In this document: piece after piece, positions 7,384 through 16,445 of the stretch | Layout: every line of letters starts with the position of its first letter | Numbering within the stretch: the stretch's first letter is position 1 | DNA from: Sulfurovaceae bacterium | Lineage (GTDB): Bacteria; Campylobacterota; Campylobacteria; Campylobacterales; Sulfurovaceae | Length of the DNA: 32,336 nucleotides | Assembly (NCBI GenBank): GCA_029933395.1 | Contig: JAOZOG010000003.1 | Coordinates: 1 to 32,336 of the forward strand | Direction: 5' to 3' | Program-made: the position numbers and the translations under genes | Notes under the pieces: model-generated | Databases searched by the model: none | Told to the model about the DNA's origin: nothing | What the model saw: the letters and a program-made list of their open reading frames with translations, nothing else

Positions 7384-9396
7384 ATGAAACATGCACTCTA
7401 TCTATCCGTCGTTTGCGCTTCAGCTCTCTTCGCTGCCGAGGCAGAGCTGGGTACGATTGACGTAGAGGCCAAATTCGATACGGAAGTGATCAGGGATGTC
7501 AGCGGGGAAGATATCAAATCTGCAGATGTGGCTGATGCCCTGATGAAGCAATCCCCCAGTGTCTCGCTGGTGAGACGAAGTGGAATTGCCAACGATATTA
7601 TCGTCAGAGGACAGAAGAAGGACAATATCAATGTCACGATCGACGGTGCCAAAGTCTGTGGTGCCTGCCCCAACCGTATGGATCCGCCGATATCACATGT
7701 GCTGACAAACAATATCGACTATATTGCGATCGAAGATGGCCCGTTCGATGTCGAAAGCTTCGGTGCGCTCAGTGCGGACGTCAAGGTGCAGACGCGCAAG
7801 CCGACCAAAGCGTTTTCGGGTGACGTAGGCCTCAACTTTGGAAGCTGGGATTACAAGAAAGCGTCTGCAATGGCCAGCGGCGGTTTCGACACAGTAAGGT
7901 TCCTGGTCAGTGTGTCCGGTGAACGGGGCGGGCAGTATGAAGATGGAGACGGCAACAATTTTTATCAGCAGGTCAACAACTATATCGCTGCCAACCTCAA
8001 TGGAGATCCTGAGCATGACAAAAAACTCAAGGCGCAGGCCTATAAGCCGCAGTACAGTGATATGGATGCCTTCACCAAAAAGACCGCGATGGCAAAAATG
8101 TTTTGGGATATCACGGATGCACAGCAGCTCAGGCTGAGCTACACAGGCAACAGAAGTGACGATGTACTCTATCCCAGTACGCCCATGGACGCACTCTACG
8201 ATGACTCCAATATCTACAATGCAGAGTACAGTGCCAAAGATCTGGGCCGATACTCAAAGCAGCTGGATATCCAGATCTACAAGTCGGATGTTGACCACCC
8301 TATGTCCAATATCTACAGAAAAGCATCCAATAAAAAATTGATGAAAAACTGGCTGACGACGGATATGAGAGGTGCGACGATCAAAAACCGTTTCGATGCA
8401 GACAATCATGAAATCACAGTGGGGATTGATTCCAGTCTGAGAAACTGGGACGGTGCCTATTTCGGGGCCGATGATGTTTATCTGGGTATCAGTATCCCCG
8501 ATGTCGATACCCGTAATATCGCTTTTTTTGCTGAAGACAAAATCACGCTTGACAAATTTGTCATAGATCTGGGGCTTCGCTATGATGATACCTCTATCAC
8601 TCCGGCCGGCACGCTTCGGGAAAATGATTATAATGCCCTGAATGGCCATATCGTAGGCACCTGGCACCAAGATGAGGATACAAAGATCTATTTGGGTATC
8701 GGCCGATCCTCCAGGGTGCCGGATGCAAAGGAACTCTATTTTCAAAAAGCAGGAAAAGTACTTGGCACACCGGATCTGGATCTTGTGACCAATACGGAAA
8801 TCGATCTTGGAGCCAAAAAGCAGTTTGAAAATGCTACCTTGGAAGCCAAACTCTTTTACAGTATGCTGGGGAATTTTATCTTCTACAATGCTGACAGAAT
8901 GGTGAATCGTTTTGAAAACATGGATGCAACGATTTATGGCTTTGAGTTGAGTGGTACCTATGTGGCGACAGATTCTATCTATTTTGATTATGGAATTGCT
9001 TATCAAAGAGGCGAAAAGGATAATCCTTTGAGTGGGCAGGCCGGAACCAATATGCCGGAAATCCCGCCACTGAAGCTGACAGCGGCCGTTAACTACGATT
9101 ATGATGCTACGGCGAATTTGAGGGCCGAATTTGTTGCTGCGCATCGTTGGGACGACGTCGACTATGAAAATGGCGAGCAGGTGCTTGCGGGCTGGGGAGT
9201 CGTCAATCTGAAGGGGACAAAAACATTCTATGATTCTCTCGAATTGACCATTGGTGTCGACAACCTGTTCGACAAGACTTATGCCATATCAAACACCTAT
9301 CAGGATTTGACACTGATCAGCGGTGGTGTCGGTGAAGTGATGTTGATGAATGAACCGGGCCGCTATATCTATGCCAATTTGAAATATACTTTCTAG
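7384..9396 (+). CDS. TonB-dependent outer-membrane receptor, OprC/NosA-like putative copper importer
   Basis: 670 aa. It has a signal peptide, a TonB-box-like GTIDVEA, a plug domain and a C-terminal ..NLKYTF. C95-P-N-R-M99 (nt 7666-7680) and H305-P-M307 (nt 8296-8304) reproduce the CxxxM...HxM copper site described for OprC. Confidence 0.85.
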   Translation: MKHALYLSVVCASALFAAEAELGTIDVEAKFDTEVIRDVSGEDIKSADVADALMKQSPSVSLVRRSGIANDIIVRGQKKDNINVTIDGAKVCGACPNRMDPPISHVLTNNIDYIAIEDGPFDVESFGALSADVKVQTRKPTKAFSGDVGLNFGSWDYKKASAMASGGFDTVRFLVSVSGERGGQYEDGDGNNFYQQVNNYIAANLNGDPEHDKKLKAQAYKPQYSDMDAFTKKTAMAKMFWDITDAQQLRLSYTGNRSDDVLYPSTPMDALYDDSNIYNAEYSAKDLGRYSKQLDIQIYKSDVDHPMSNIYRKASNKKLMKNWLTTDMRGATIKNRFDADNHEITVGIDSSLRNWDGAYFGADDVYLGISIPDVDTRNIAFFAEDKITLDKFVIDLGLRYDDTSITPAGTLRENDYNALNGHIVGTWHQDEDTKIYLGIGRSSRVPDAKELYFQKAGKVLGTPDLDLVTNTEIDLGAKKQFENATLEAKLFYSMLGNFIFYNADRMVNRFENMDATIYGFELSGTYVATDSIYFDYGIAYQRGEKDNPLSGQAGTNMPEIPPLKLTAAVNYDYDATANLRAEFVAAHRWDDVDYENGEQVLAGWGVVNLKGTKTFYDSLELTIGVDNLFDKTYAISNTYQDLTLISGGVGEVMLMNEPGRYIYANLKYTF

Positions 9397-9439
9397 CTTC
9401 ATCTGTCTGCCGGCATTCGTCTTTTGGCCGCTGCAGGCC

Positions 9440-9459
9440 GGCAGGCCCGGCTGCCTTTT
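9440..9459 (+). terminator. Weak intrinsic terminator candidate after the receptor gene
   Basis: ggcag-gcccgg-ctgcc followed by TTTT. A larger GC-rich dyad is also present (ctgccggc 9407-9414 with gccggcag 9437-9444). Confidence 0.35.
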
Positions 9460-9538
9460 GTGCCCATGTTTTCTATTTTTTCATAGCGATCATCAATAAA
9501 ATTTATTAAAAATAATCCAGAATATCGCTTTTTATCAC

Positions 9539-9560
9539 AGAAGTGTTAAAGAAGTGTTAA
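9539..9560 (-). promoter_or_regulatory. Two identical tandem 11-mers (TTAACACTTCT x2 on the minus strand) upstream of nosZ
   Basis: The plus strand reads agaagtgttaa agaagtgttaa. The core is the same TTAACA with 11-bp phase as at the other three sites, but the orientation is inverted. It ends 36 bp upstream of the Fnr-type box. Confidence 0.5.
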
Positions 9561-9595
9561 CTAATCAACGAATACCGCTGAAATTTGCCTTAAAA

Positions 9596-9609
9596 TTGAT
9601 GCATATCAA
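9596..9609 (+). promoter_or_regulatory. Crp/Fnr-family binding site, perfect TTGAT-N4-ATCAA, upstream of nosZ
   Basis: TTGATGCATATCAA, centred at 9602.5. TATGCT (9632-9637) would put the centre at about -41.5; TAGAAT (9638-9643) is the alternative -10 box. Confidence 0.65.
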
Positions 9610-9670
9610 GAAGAACTAAAGCAAAATCGCTTATGCTTAGAATTGGAATAACTTATAAAAAGGAGAAAGT

Positions 9671-12277
9671 ATGCTTAGCTTACACAAAAAGCTCTTCGGC
9701 TTGGCGGTTGGTGCCTGTGTCGCGACGACATTTGCATCTGCAGCCAGCGGCGAGCTTGACAAAGTGATGAAAGAGCGTGGCCTGACTCAGGCAGACCTGC
9801 TTGCAGCGGCGAAAACATATACGCCGAGTGGGGGGCGTGACAAATATATCATCTTCAGTTCGGGTGGTCAATCCGGACAGATTATGGTGTATGGTGTACC
9901 CTCTATGAGACTGCTCAAGTATATCGGTGTCTTTACGCCGGAGCCTTGGCAGGGATGGGGATATGATGACGATACCAAAAAGGTATTGGCGCAGGGTAAT
10001 ATTCGTGGTAAATCTATTACCTGGGGTGACACACACCACCCGGGACTTTCTGAAACAGATGGTAAGTATGACGGTAAATGGCTCGTTATCAATGACAAAG
10101 CCAACCCAAGACTTGCTGTGATAGATCTGACAGACTTTGTTACCAAGCAGATCGTCGTCAACCCGGTTTTCAAATCTGATCATGGTGGAGCATTCTTTAC
10201 GCCTAACTCCGAGTACATTCTCGAAGCGTGCCAGTATGCTGCACCATTCGACAACAACTATCACCCAATCGATGAGTATAAAGAGACTTATCGTGGCGGT
10301 GTAACAGTCTGGAAGTTCGACCACGAAAAAGGAAAGATCCTTCCTGAAGAGTCATTTACAATCGAAATGCCTCCTTATATGCAGGATCTTTCCGATGCCG
10401 GTAAAGCAGCGAGTAACGGTTGGGGATTTACCAACTCATTCAACTCCGAAATGTACACCGGTGGTATCGAAAAAGGTCTTCCTCCGTTTGAAGCGGGTAT
10501 GAGCCGTAACGATACCGACTTCCTCCATATGTACAACTGGAAGAAGCTGGCAGAACTGGCAAAAGATGACAAGAATGTCAAAGTTATCAACGGTCACCGT
10601 GTCATCCCTATGGATGTAGCCGTCAAAAATGATGCGCTTTTCCTGATTCCTGAGCCAAAATCACCTCACGGGGTAGATGTCTCTCCTGATGGTAAGAAGA
10701 TCGTTGTTTGCGGTAAACTTGATACCCATGCAACCGTTTACGATTTTGACAAATTGATGAACGCCATCAAGAATAAAGAGTATGCCGGTAAAGATCCCTA
10801 TGGTATACCTATCCTTGATATGAAGAAAACGATGCACTGCCAGGCAGAGTTGGGCCTGGGGCCACTGCATAACCAGTATGGATCCAATTGGGAAAAAGAG
10901 GGTGAGATCTATACCTCTCTCTATGTTGACTCCCAGGTTGTCAAGTGGAACTACCTGACGTGTAAAGTAGAAGATAGACAAAACGTCAACTACAACATCG
11001 GTCACCTTTGCGGAATGGAAGGGAAATCGGCAGACCCTCAGGGTGAGTATATCATCGCATTGAATAAGCTGGCGATCGATAGATTTAACGAGATTGGGCC
11101 TCTGCATCCGCAGAACCACCAGTTGATCGATATCCGCGGCAAGAAGATGCAGTTGCTTTACGATATGCCGGTACCTCTGGGTGAGCCACACCAGGCAGTC
11201 GCGATCAGAGCTGATAAGCTGCATACGCATGTACGCTATAAAATGGGAACAAATGCCTTCACAGGCGAGATTCACGAAGGTAAAACACTGGCAGGTCAGG
11301 AGAAGATCGTAAGAAAAGGTAACCATGTCTATATCTATGGAACGGTTGTCCGATCTCACATCAACCCTGAGCGTGTGACAGTGAATAAGGGCGATACGGT
11401 AACATTCTATCTCACCAACCTCGAAAGAGCAGAGGATGAGACACACGGATTTACAGTAGATACCTATAATGTCCACACGTCACTGGAGCCGGGCAAAACA
11501 GTTGCGGTCACATTCAAGGCAGATCTCGAAGGTGTCTTCCCGTACTACTGTACAGAGTTCTGTTCAGCACTTCACCTGGAGATGATGGGTTACCTGATGG
11601 TCAAAGACCCCAACAAGAAGTATGAGAAAGCAGCGAAGCTGAAAATAGCGGCAATGAGTCCTGAGCAGCTCAAAAAAGAGTATGATCAGACAGTAGCGGT
11701 CAACGATGCGACAGACAAAGTCATCCAGAGTGTTGTGAAATTCCTCAAAGAGAATCACTATGAGAAGTATCCAACAATCAAGGCACTGGTAGAAGATGCA
11801 CTGGATCAGTATGGCAAGATCCCTGAGCAGAAGAAGCAGGCGGATGAAGCGGTCAAAGCCGGTGATATGGAGAAAGCGATTCTCTTCGAAAATATGATCT
11901 GGCAGTATATGGTTAAGACAGCTGATGTCGGTATCCGTGCGAAAGACCTCCTGGTCAAAAAAGTAGCCAAGCCTATGAGTGATGCTGCCAAGCGTGGTGA
12001 AGCGGCTTATCTCGAAGGTGGATGTAACGGATGTCACGTTATTGGAAAAGTATCTTCAGGTCCAGACTTGACAGGTGTTCTCCAGAGACATGAGAATGGT
12101 GAGAAGTGGGTAGCCGAGTGGATCATGCATCCAGAAACTATGTATGACAATGACTACATCAAGTCAATGGTCAACTACTTCAACCTCCGTATGCCTAACC
12201 AGGGTATGACGGAAGAGCAGACTAAAGATATCATCGAATATCTGAAGTGGATCGACGAAAACGCGAATCTCTTCTAG
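9671..12277 (+). CDS. nosZ: Nitrous-oxide reductase, clade II type with a C-terminal monohaem cytochrome c domain (cNosZ)
   Basis: 868 aa. The CuA motif is C627-TEF-C-SAL-H-LE-M (nt 11549-11584), and the CNGCH haem c motif is at residues 785-789 (nt 12023-12037). The N-terminal signal has no twin-arginine, so it is Sec-type. The beta-propeller-length N-terminal part also fits. Confidence 0.95.
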   Translation: MLSLHKKLFGLAVGACVATTFASAASGELDKVMKERGLTQADLLAAAKTYTPSGGRDKYIIFSSGGQSGQIMVYGVPSMRLLKYIGVFTPEPWQGWGYDDDTKKVLAQGNIRGKSITWGDTHHPGLSETDGKYDGKWLVINDKANPRLAVIDLTDFVTKQIVVNPVFKSDHGGAFFTPNSEYILEACQYAAPFDNNYHPIDEYKETYRGGVTVWKFDHEKGKILPEESFTIEMPPYMQDLSDAGKAASNGWGFTNSFNSEMYTGGIEKGLPPFEAGMSRNDTDFLHMYNWKKLAELAKDDKNVKVINGHRVIPMDVAVKNDALFLIPEPKSPHGVDVSPDGKKIVVCGKLDTHATVYDFDKLMNAIKNKEYAGKDPYGIPILDMKKTMHCQAELGLGPLHNQYGSNWEKEGEIYTSLYVDSQVVKWNYLTCKVEDRQNVNYNIGHLCGMEGKSADPQGEYIIALNKLAIDRFNEIGPLHPQNHQLIDIRGKKMQLLYDMPVPLGEPHQAVAIRADKLHTHVRYKMGTNAFTGEIHEGKTLAGQEKIVRKGNHVYIYGTVVRSHINPERVTVNKGDTVTFYLTNLERAEDETHGFTVDTYNVHTSLEPGKTVAVTFKADLEGVFPYYCTEFCSALHLEMMGYLMVKDPNKKYEKAAKLKIAAMSPEQLKKEYDQTVAVNDATDKVIQSVVKFLKENHYEKYPTIKALVEDALDQYGKIPEQKKQADEAVKAGDMEKAILFENMIWQYMVKTADVGIRAKDLLVKKVAKPMSDAAKRGEAAYLEGGCNGCHVIGKVSSGPDLTGVLQRHENGEKWVAEWIMHPETMYDNDYIKSMVNYFNLRMPNQGMTEEQTKDIIEYLKWIDENANLF

Positions 12278-12290
12278 GATCTGCAAAAAT

Positions 12291-12313
12291 ACAGGAGACT
12301 CTCCGTCTCCTGT
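12291..12313 (+). terminator. Hairpin after nosZ (9-bp stem, 5-nt loop), no T-tract
   Basis: acaggagac-tctcc-gtctcctgt, starting 14 nt after the nosZ stop. Confidence 0.45.
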
Positions 12314-12371
12314 TACCAAATAACCCCTAAACTATAATCAACTCTTATTTTATATATAATTTTAACTTCAC

Positions 12372-12413
12372 TTGATATTTATCAAGCAGCTCTTTATAAC
12401 TTTGCAGTAGAAT
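12372..12413 (+). promoter_or_regulatory. Crp/Fnr-family box TTGATATTTATCAA plus TAGAAT -10 at class II spacing, upstream of nosB
   Basis: The box is at 12372-12385, centred at 12378.5. TAGAAT at 12408-12413 places the centre at -41.5 relative to a start near 12420. Confidence 0.65.
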
Positions 12414-12465
12414 GTAAAAGGAAATAAAAATGGGTACAATAACCCATTCATAAAAAGGATCAATA

Positions 12466-13248
12466 ATGAGTTCTTTGGCAAAAGCGAGAATTTTTACACT
12501 GTTGGCACTGGGCATACTGCTCTACTGGTTTGTCGTACCGGCAGTTTTGACGCACAATGTCGTTGAAATGGGACGGCAGGGGAAGGGAGACAAGATCTCT
12601 GACCTCACTGTAAAAGCTTGGGATTATTATCAAAAGGGACGCTATGTTTCGCCCAATATACCCAAAGAGGATGCCAACAATCTGAAGAAGATGATTGAGG
12701 ACGATATGGAGCTGAATGTGGTCACTGCGCCACTCTGGTATGTTTCGCTCGAAGCGCCCAACTACCCAAAAGATGCCTTCCCTGAGGGTATTCCTGTCTT
12801 TTACCACTTCGACGGCTTCAGTGGAGACGTCCATGAGATGAATACGATCAACCACTATATCGGAATGGACCCTATGGAGAGAGGCGCACCCTATCTGCGT
12901 ATGTTGGCCCCCTATGCTTTGATCTTCGTAGCCTGGATCTTCGCGATGTTTATGATTTACAACAACAGGTTGTTGAATCTTCTGATGCTGGTACCGATAT
13001 CTCTGCCTCTGATCTTCGTAGGATTCTACTCCTACTGGCTCTACTGGTTCGGTCACCATATGCATGACTGGGGTGCTTTCAAAATCAAACCATTTACACC
13101 GACAGTTTTTGGAGATGGCAAAGTGGCACAATTCACGACCCACTCCTATCCGAGTATCGGCTTTTGGCTCTTGGTGGCGATCAGTGTTTTGAGTATCCTG
13201 GCACTGGCAGCCAAGCGAAAATATCAAAAAAGCGAACAAGCAGCCTGA
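12466..13248 (+). CDS. nosB: NosB membrane protein (specific to clade II nos clusters)
   Basis: 260-aa membrane protein with a periplasmic-looking middle segment. Its position directly after nosZ and before nosD matches the Wolinella-type cluster. There is no independent motif, so the call rests on context. Confidence 0.75.
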   Translation: MSSLAKARIFTLLALGILLYWFVVPAVLTHNVVEMGRQGKGDKISDLTVKAWDYYQKGRYVSPNIPKEDANNLKKMIEDDMELNVVTAPLWYVSLEAPNYPKDAFPEGIPVFYHFDGFSGDVHEMNTINHYIGMDPMERGAPYLRMLAPYALIFVAWIFAMFMIYNNRLLNLLMLVPISLPLIFVGFYSYWLYWFGHHMHDWGAFKIKPFTPTVFGDGKVAQFTTHSYPSIGFWLLVAISVLSILALAAKRKYQKSEQAA

Positions 13249-13249
13249 A

Positions 13250-14473
13250 ATGATAGGTAAAATCATAGTTTCCGCAATGGCGATGATACAGATTGTGTCA
13301 GCCGGCAACCTTTTGCAGGAAGCTATCGATAAGGCAAAACCGGGATCACGGCTGGAGCTTCCGGCCGGTGTCTACCGCGGCAATATCGTGATCGACAAAC
13401 CGTTGATCATCGACGGCAAGGATCAGAAAGCTGTGATCGAAGGTGACGGCAAGGGTACGGTGGTCAGGATCAGCAGTTCCGGCGTCACCATCAAGAATCT
13501 TACGATCAGGCACAGCGGGGCTCAGCATGAGAGAGTAGATGCGGGTGTCGCGCTGGAGAAAGTGAAACAGTGCACCGTTGAAAACTGTAAGATTATTGAT
13601 TGCCTCTTTGGTATTGATATGAATGAAGTGAGCAACTCGGAGATCGTTGGAAACTATATCGAGTCCAAACCTTTCGATCTGGGTGTACGGGGTGATGGTG
13701 TGCGGCTCTGGTATAGCAATGACAACCACCTCAGTGAAAACCATCTCTATAAATCCCGGGATTTTGTCGTATGGTACTCACATGGAAATCTGATCGAAAA
13801 AAATATCGGTGAATATGGCAGATACTCTCTGCACTTTATGTATACCGGTAAGAATTTTGTCAAAAACAATACATACAAGCACAACTCCGTGGGAATTTTC
13901 TTTATGTACTCGCGCGATACGATCGCGACGGGCAATCTGGTGCAAAACTCCATGGGGACGACCGGCCTGGGTATTGGACTGAAAGATGCCAGCAATTTTA
14001 CGATCAAAGACAATACAATCATCTATTGTGCAAGAGGACTCTATGTGGATCGCTCTCCATTTGAGCCTGATACAATCAATCTGATCGAGGGGAATCGTAT
14101 CATTTACAACAGCGAGGGGGTGCATTTTCACTCTCTGAGTCTGCATAACCGTTTTGTCAACAATATATTCAAGGGGAATATTGAAAGTATTGTCAATGAT
14201 TCCTATAATACGAAAATTACGGAAAACTACTTTGACGGCAACTATTGGGATGATTATGAAGGATTTGACAGAAACAGTGACGGTACAGGTGATACACCCT
14301 ATCACTACTATGCCTATGCCGACAAGGTTTGGCTTCTCAATCACAATGTCAAATTCTTTTACGGTTCGCCCGTGATTTCGATCCTCAATTTTCTTGCAAA
14401 GCTGGCACCTTTTTCCGAGCCGGTACTGCTCTTGAGCGATAAACATCCAAAAATGCACGAAGGACAGGTCTGA
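13250..14473 (+). CDS. nosD: NosD, periplasmic right-handed beta-helix component of the NosDFY maturation complex
   Basis: 407 aa with a signal peptide and repeated beta-helix turns (..NLTIRHSG.., ..NCKIIDC.., ..GNYIES.., ..NNTYKHNSVGIF.., ..DNTIIYCARGLY..). The gene starts 1 nt after the nosB stop. Confidence 0.9.
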   Translation: MIGKIIVSAMAMIQIVSAGNLLQEAIDKAKPGSRLELPAGVYRGNIVIDKPLIIDGKDQKAVIEGDGKGTVVRISSSGVTIKNLTIRHSGAQHERVDAGVALEKVKQCTVENCKIIDCLFGIDMNEVSNSEIVGNYIESKPFDLGVRGDGVRLWYSNDNHLSENHLYKSRDFVVWYSHGNLIEKNIGEYGRYSLHFMYTGKNFVKNNTYKHNSVGIFFMYSRDTIATGNLVQNSMGTTGLGIGLKDASNFTIKDNTIIYCARGLYVDRSPFEPDTINLIEGNRIIYNSEGVHFHSLSLHNRFVNNIFKGNIESIVNDSYNTKITENYFDGNYWDDYEGFDRNSDGTGDTPYHYYAYADKVWLLNHNVKFFYGSPVISILNFLAKLAPFSEPVLLLSDKHPKMHEGQV

Positions 14474-15297
14474 TGGAACAGATAGAGAAAAAAAAGAGCC
14501 TCAAAGAGGAACAGAAAAGACGAAAGTTCATGAAGCAGGTAGCAGGCCTTGGTGTTCTGGGACTTGCTTCTGCCGGCGGAATATGGGCAGCGAAAGATTT
14601 CAAGCCGGATAAGGCGAGACTGCGTCCCCCTGGCGCAGTACCAGAGGATCAATATTTGACAATGTGTATCAAGTGCGGTCAGTGCCTGCAGGTCTGTCCT
14701 TACGATTCGATCCTGCTGGAAGATTATGATGGCAAGGCGGGTGTGGGAACGGCCTATATCGCTCCTCTGGAGAGAGGCTGCTACCTCTGTGAAGCCTTTC
14801 CATGTGTATTGGCCTGTCCCACGGGCGCATTGGATCATGAGGCCAATGTCATCGAGAAGGTCCATATGGGAATGGCGATCATTGTCAATGAAAGTGCATG
14901 TATCGCACTGAAAAATGAAAAAGTGACATCGGAGATGATCGGCAGGATCTATGATCATACCAAGGTGATCACCCCCGAAGAGCGCCAAAGTCGAAAGGTC
15001 GAGGTCGACCCCAACGAACCGGAGAAGGTTATATTGCAAAAAGAGCTTTTGCAAAAGCTCAGCAAGCAGGAGGGTAAAGTCTGTACACTTTGTGCAGAGC
15101 TGTGTCCTTTCGAGCCTGATCCCACTCTGGCGATCGGTATGATCTCCAAGGATGGTGGGCTCTTCCCTGAGATACGGGAAGCCTGTGTCGGATGCGGTGC
15201 CTGTGTAGAGCTCTGCCCGACCAAAGTACTCCAGATTCTTCCTGGGGCCAGTTATGCAGATGTCTATCAGAAAAACAAAGGAGCAGAAAATGCTTAA
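14473..15297 (+). CDS. nosG: NosG, NapG-like Tat-exported polyferredoxin
   Basis: Twin-arginine signal QKRRKFMKQVAGLGVL. Four Cys clusters are present: CIKCGQCLQVCP, CYLCEAFPCVLACP, CTLCAELCP, CVGCGACVELCP. The start overlaps the nosD stop (TGATG). Confidence 0.9.
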   Translation: MEQIEKKKSLKEEQKRRKFMKQVAGLGVLGLASAGGIWAAKDFKPDKARLRPPGAVPEDQYLTMCIKCGQCLQVCPYDSILLEDYDGKAGVGTAYIAPLERGCYLCEAFPCVLACPTGALDHEANVIEKVHMGMAIIVNESACIALKNEKVTSEMIGRIYDHTKVITPEERQSRKVEVDPNEPEKVILQKELLQKLSKQEGKVCTLCAELCPFEPDPTLAIGMISKDGGLFPEIREACVGCGACVELCPTKVLQILPGASYADVYQKNKGAENA

Positions 15298-15853
15298 TCG
15301 ATTATGGTTGCTTCCGGTTGGGGCAGCGCTTGTACTGCTCAGCGGATGTGGTGATGACAAAAAGAAAACAGAAACGGAAACGGCGACAAAAACAGACGCT
15401 ATTGTCGTAACGGAGGGCGCCGTCAAGGAGCTCAAAGAGACAAAAGGCAAAGAGAACAGCGGCCAATTCTACTACTCTTATAACAAAGAGAAAAATACCA
15501 GCGAGTATAACTCTGAGGAGAACAAGGTCAGAACGGAGCTGGATGCCTACCGGGATATCCGTTCCCCTTATGAGCGTGTGCAGATTACTCTGATGGTTCA
15601 GCAGCTCAGCCCGGATTATCGGCTGCTATGTTCTGCCTGTCATGACGATTATGCCAATGGCGTGATTGGGCCAGCCTTGCTGGATAAAAATTCGGAGTAT
15701 ATCTTCAAACAGATTATGGCATTCAAGACCGGTGAAAAGAAAAATGCCTTGATGAAAGATCTCGTATCGAGAATCGGTGAAGAGCGACTGAAGGGGATTG
15801 CGGTGGAGATCGAGAGATTCAATAGACAAGTTCAAGAAATGAGGAGTAAATAG
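15290..15853 (+). CDS. nosC1: NosC1, monohaem cytochrome c lipoprotein
   Basis: From ATG 15290 the protein begins MLNRLWLLPVGAALVLLSGC (lipobox LSGC), with RBS aaaggag at 15277-15283. It has a single CSACH haem motif. The start overlaps the nosG stop by 8 nt. Confidence 0.85.
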   Translation: MLNRLWLLPVGAALVLLSGCGDDKKKTETETATKTDAIVVTEGAVKELKETKGKENSGQFYYSYNKEKNTSEYNSEENKVRTELDAYRDIRSPYERVQITLMVQQLSPDYRLLCSACHDDYANGVIGPALLDKNSEYIFKQIMAFKTGEKKNALMKDLVSRIGEERLKGIAVEIERFNRQVQEMRSK

Positions 15854-16389
15854 TGATCAAGCATATTATAGCGGCTGTGGTGACACTGCTGGCAGCATGG
15901 GCAATGTTTTTGGTGTATCAGTCAGACAAAGAGGTAAATAAACTCGAAGAGATACAGAAAATGATCAAGAAGACGCAGGTCAAAGTCAATCTGGGCAATA
16001 CAGAAAGTGTGACTCAAGAGAGTGCAGCGACTGAGAAAGCATCAAGCGAGAGCGTAGAGAAAGAGCAGGCGAAAAAGAAACAAGAGCTTGATGAAAAACT
16101 CCAGGCACTCAAAAACAAAGCAGGGAATGTCGCAGCATTCAAAGTCAGTCCGCTCTATAAGCAGAAGTGTGCCTCCTGTCATGGTGTCAATGGTGAGGGA
16201 ATCATCGGTCCCAAATTGATCGGGGACAGCAGCGAAAAGATCCACCAGGCACTTCTGGAGTTCAAATCAGGCAAAAGAAAGAACTATGTTATGTATGGTC
16301 TTTTGAGCAAGATGGACGAGGGGCAACTGAAGGAGCTCTCCGATGAGATCGGTACATTCGAACAGAAGCTGCAGGAGATGCAGAAGTAG
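15853..16389 (+). CDS. nosC2: NosC2, membrane-anchored monohaem cytochrome c
   Basis: N-terminal TM helix and a single CASCH motif. Its C-terminal part is paralogous to NosC1 (..GVIGP.L......I.Q....FK.G..KN.....L.......L..). Confidence 0.85.
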   Translation: MIKHIIAAVVTLLAAWAMFLVYQSDKEVNKLEEIQKMIKKTQVKVNLGNTESVTQESAATEKASSESVEKEQAKKKQELDEKLQALKNKAGNVAAFKVSPLYKQKCASCHGVNGEGIIGPKLIGDSSEKIHQALLEFKSGKRKNYVMYGLLSKMDEGQLKELSDEIGTFEQKLQEMQK

Positions 16390-16445
16390 CAATGCGGCAG
16401 GATCCCGAGGGATCTTCACTCCGGTGTGTGATAAAAGGATAGTGA

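Noticed and set aside
12430-12453. Mini-ORF ATGGGTACAATAACCCATTCATAA (7 codons) and the small tgggt/accca dyad in the nosB leader, considered as a leader peptide or attenuator.
   Set aside because: It has no RBS, no regulatory codon run and only a 5-bp stem. This is not enough to support a claim.
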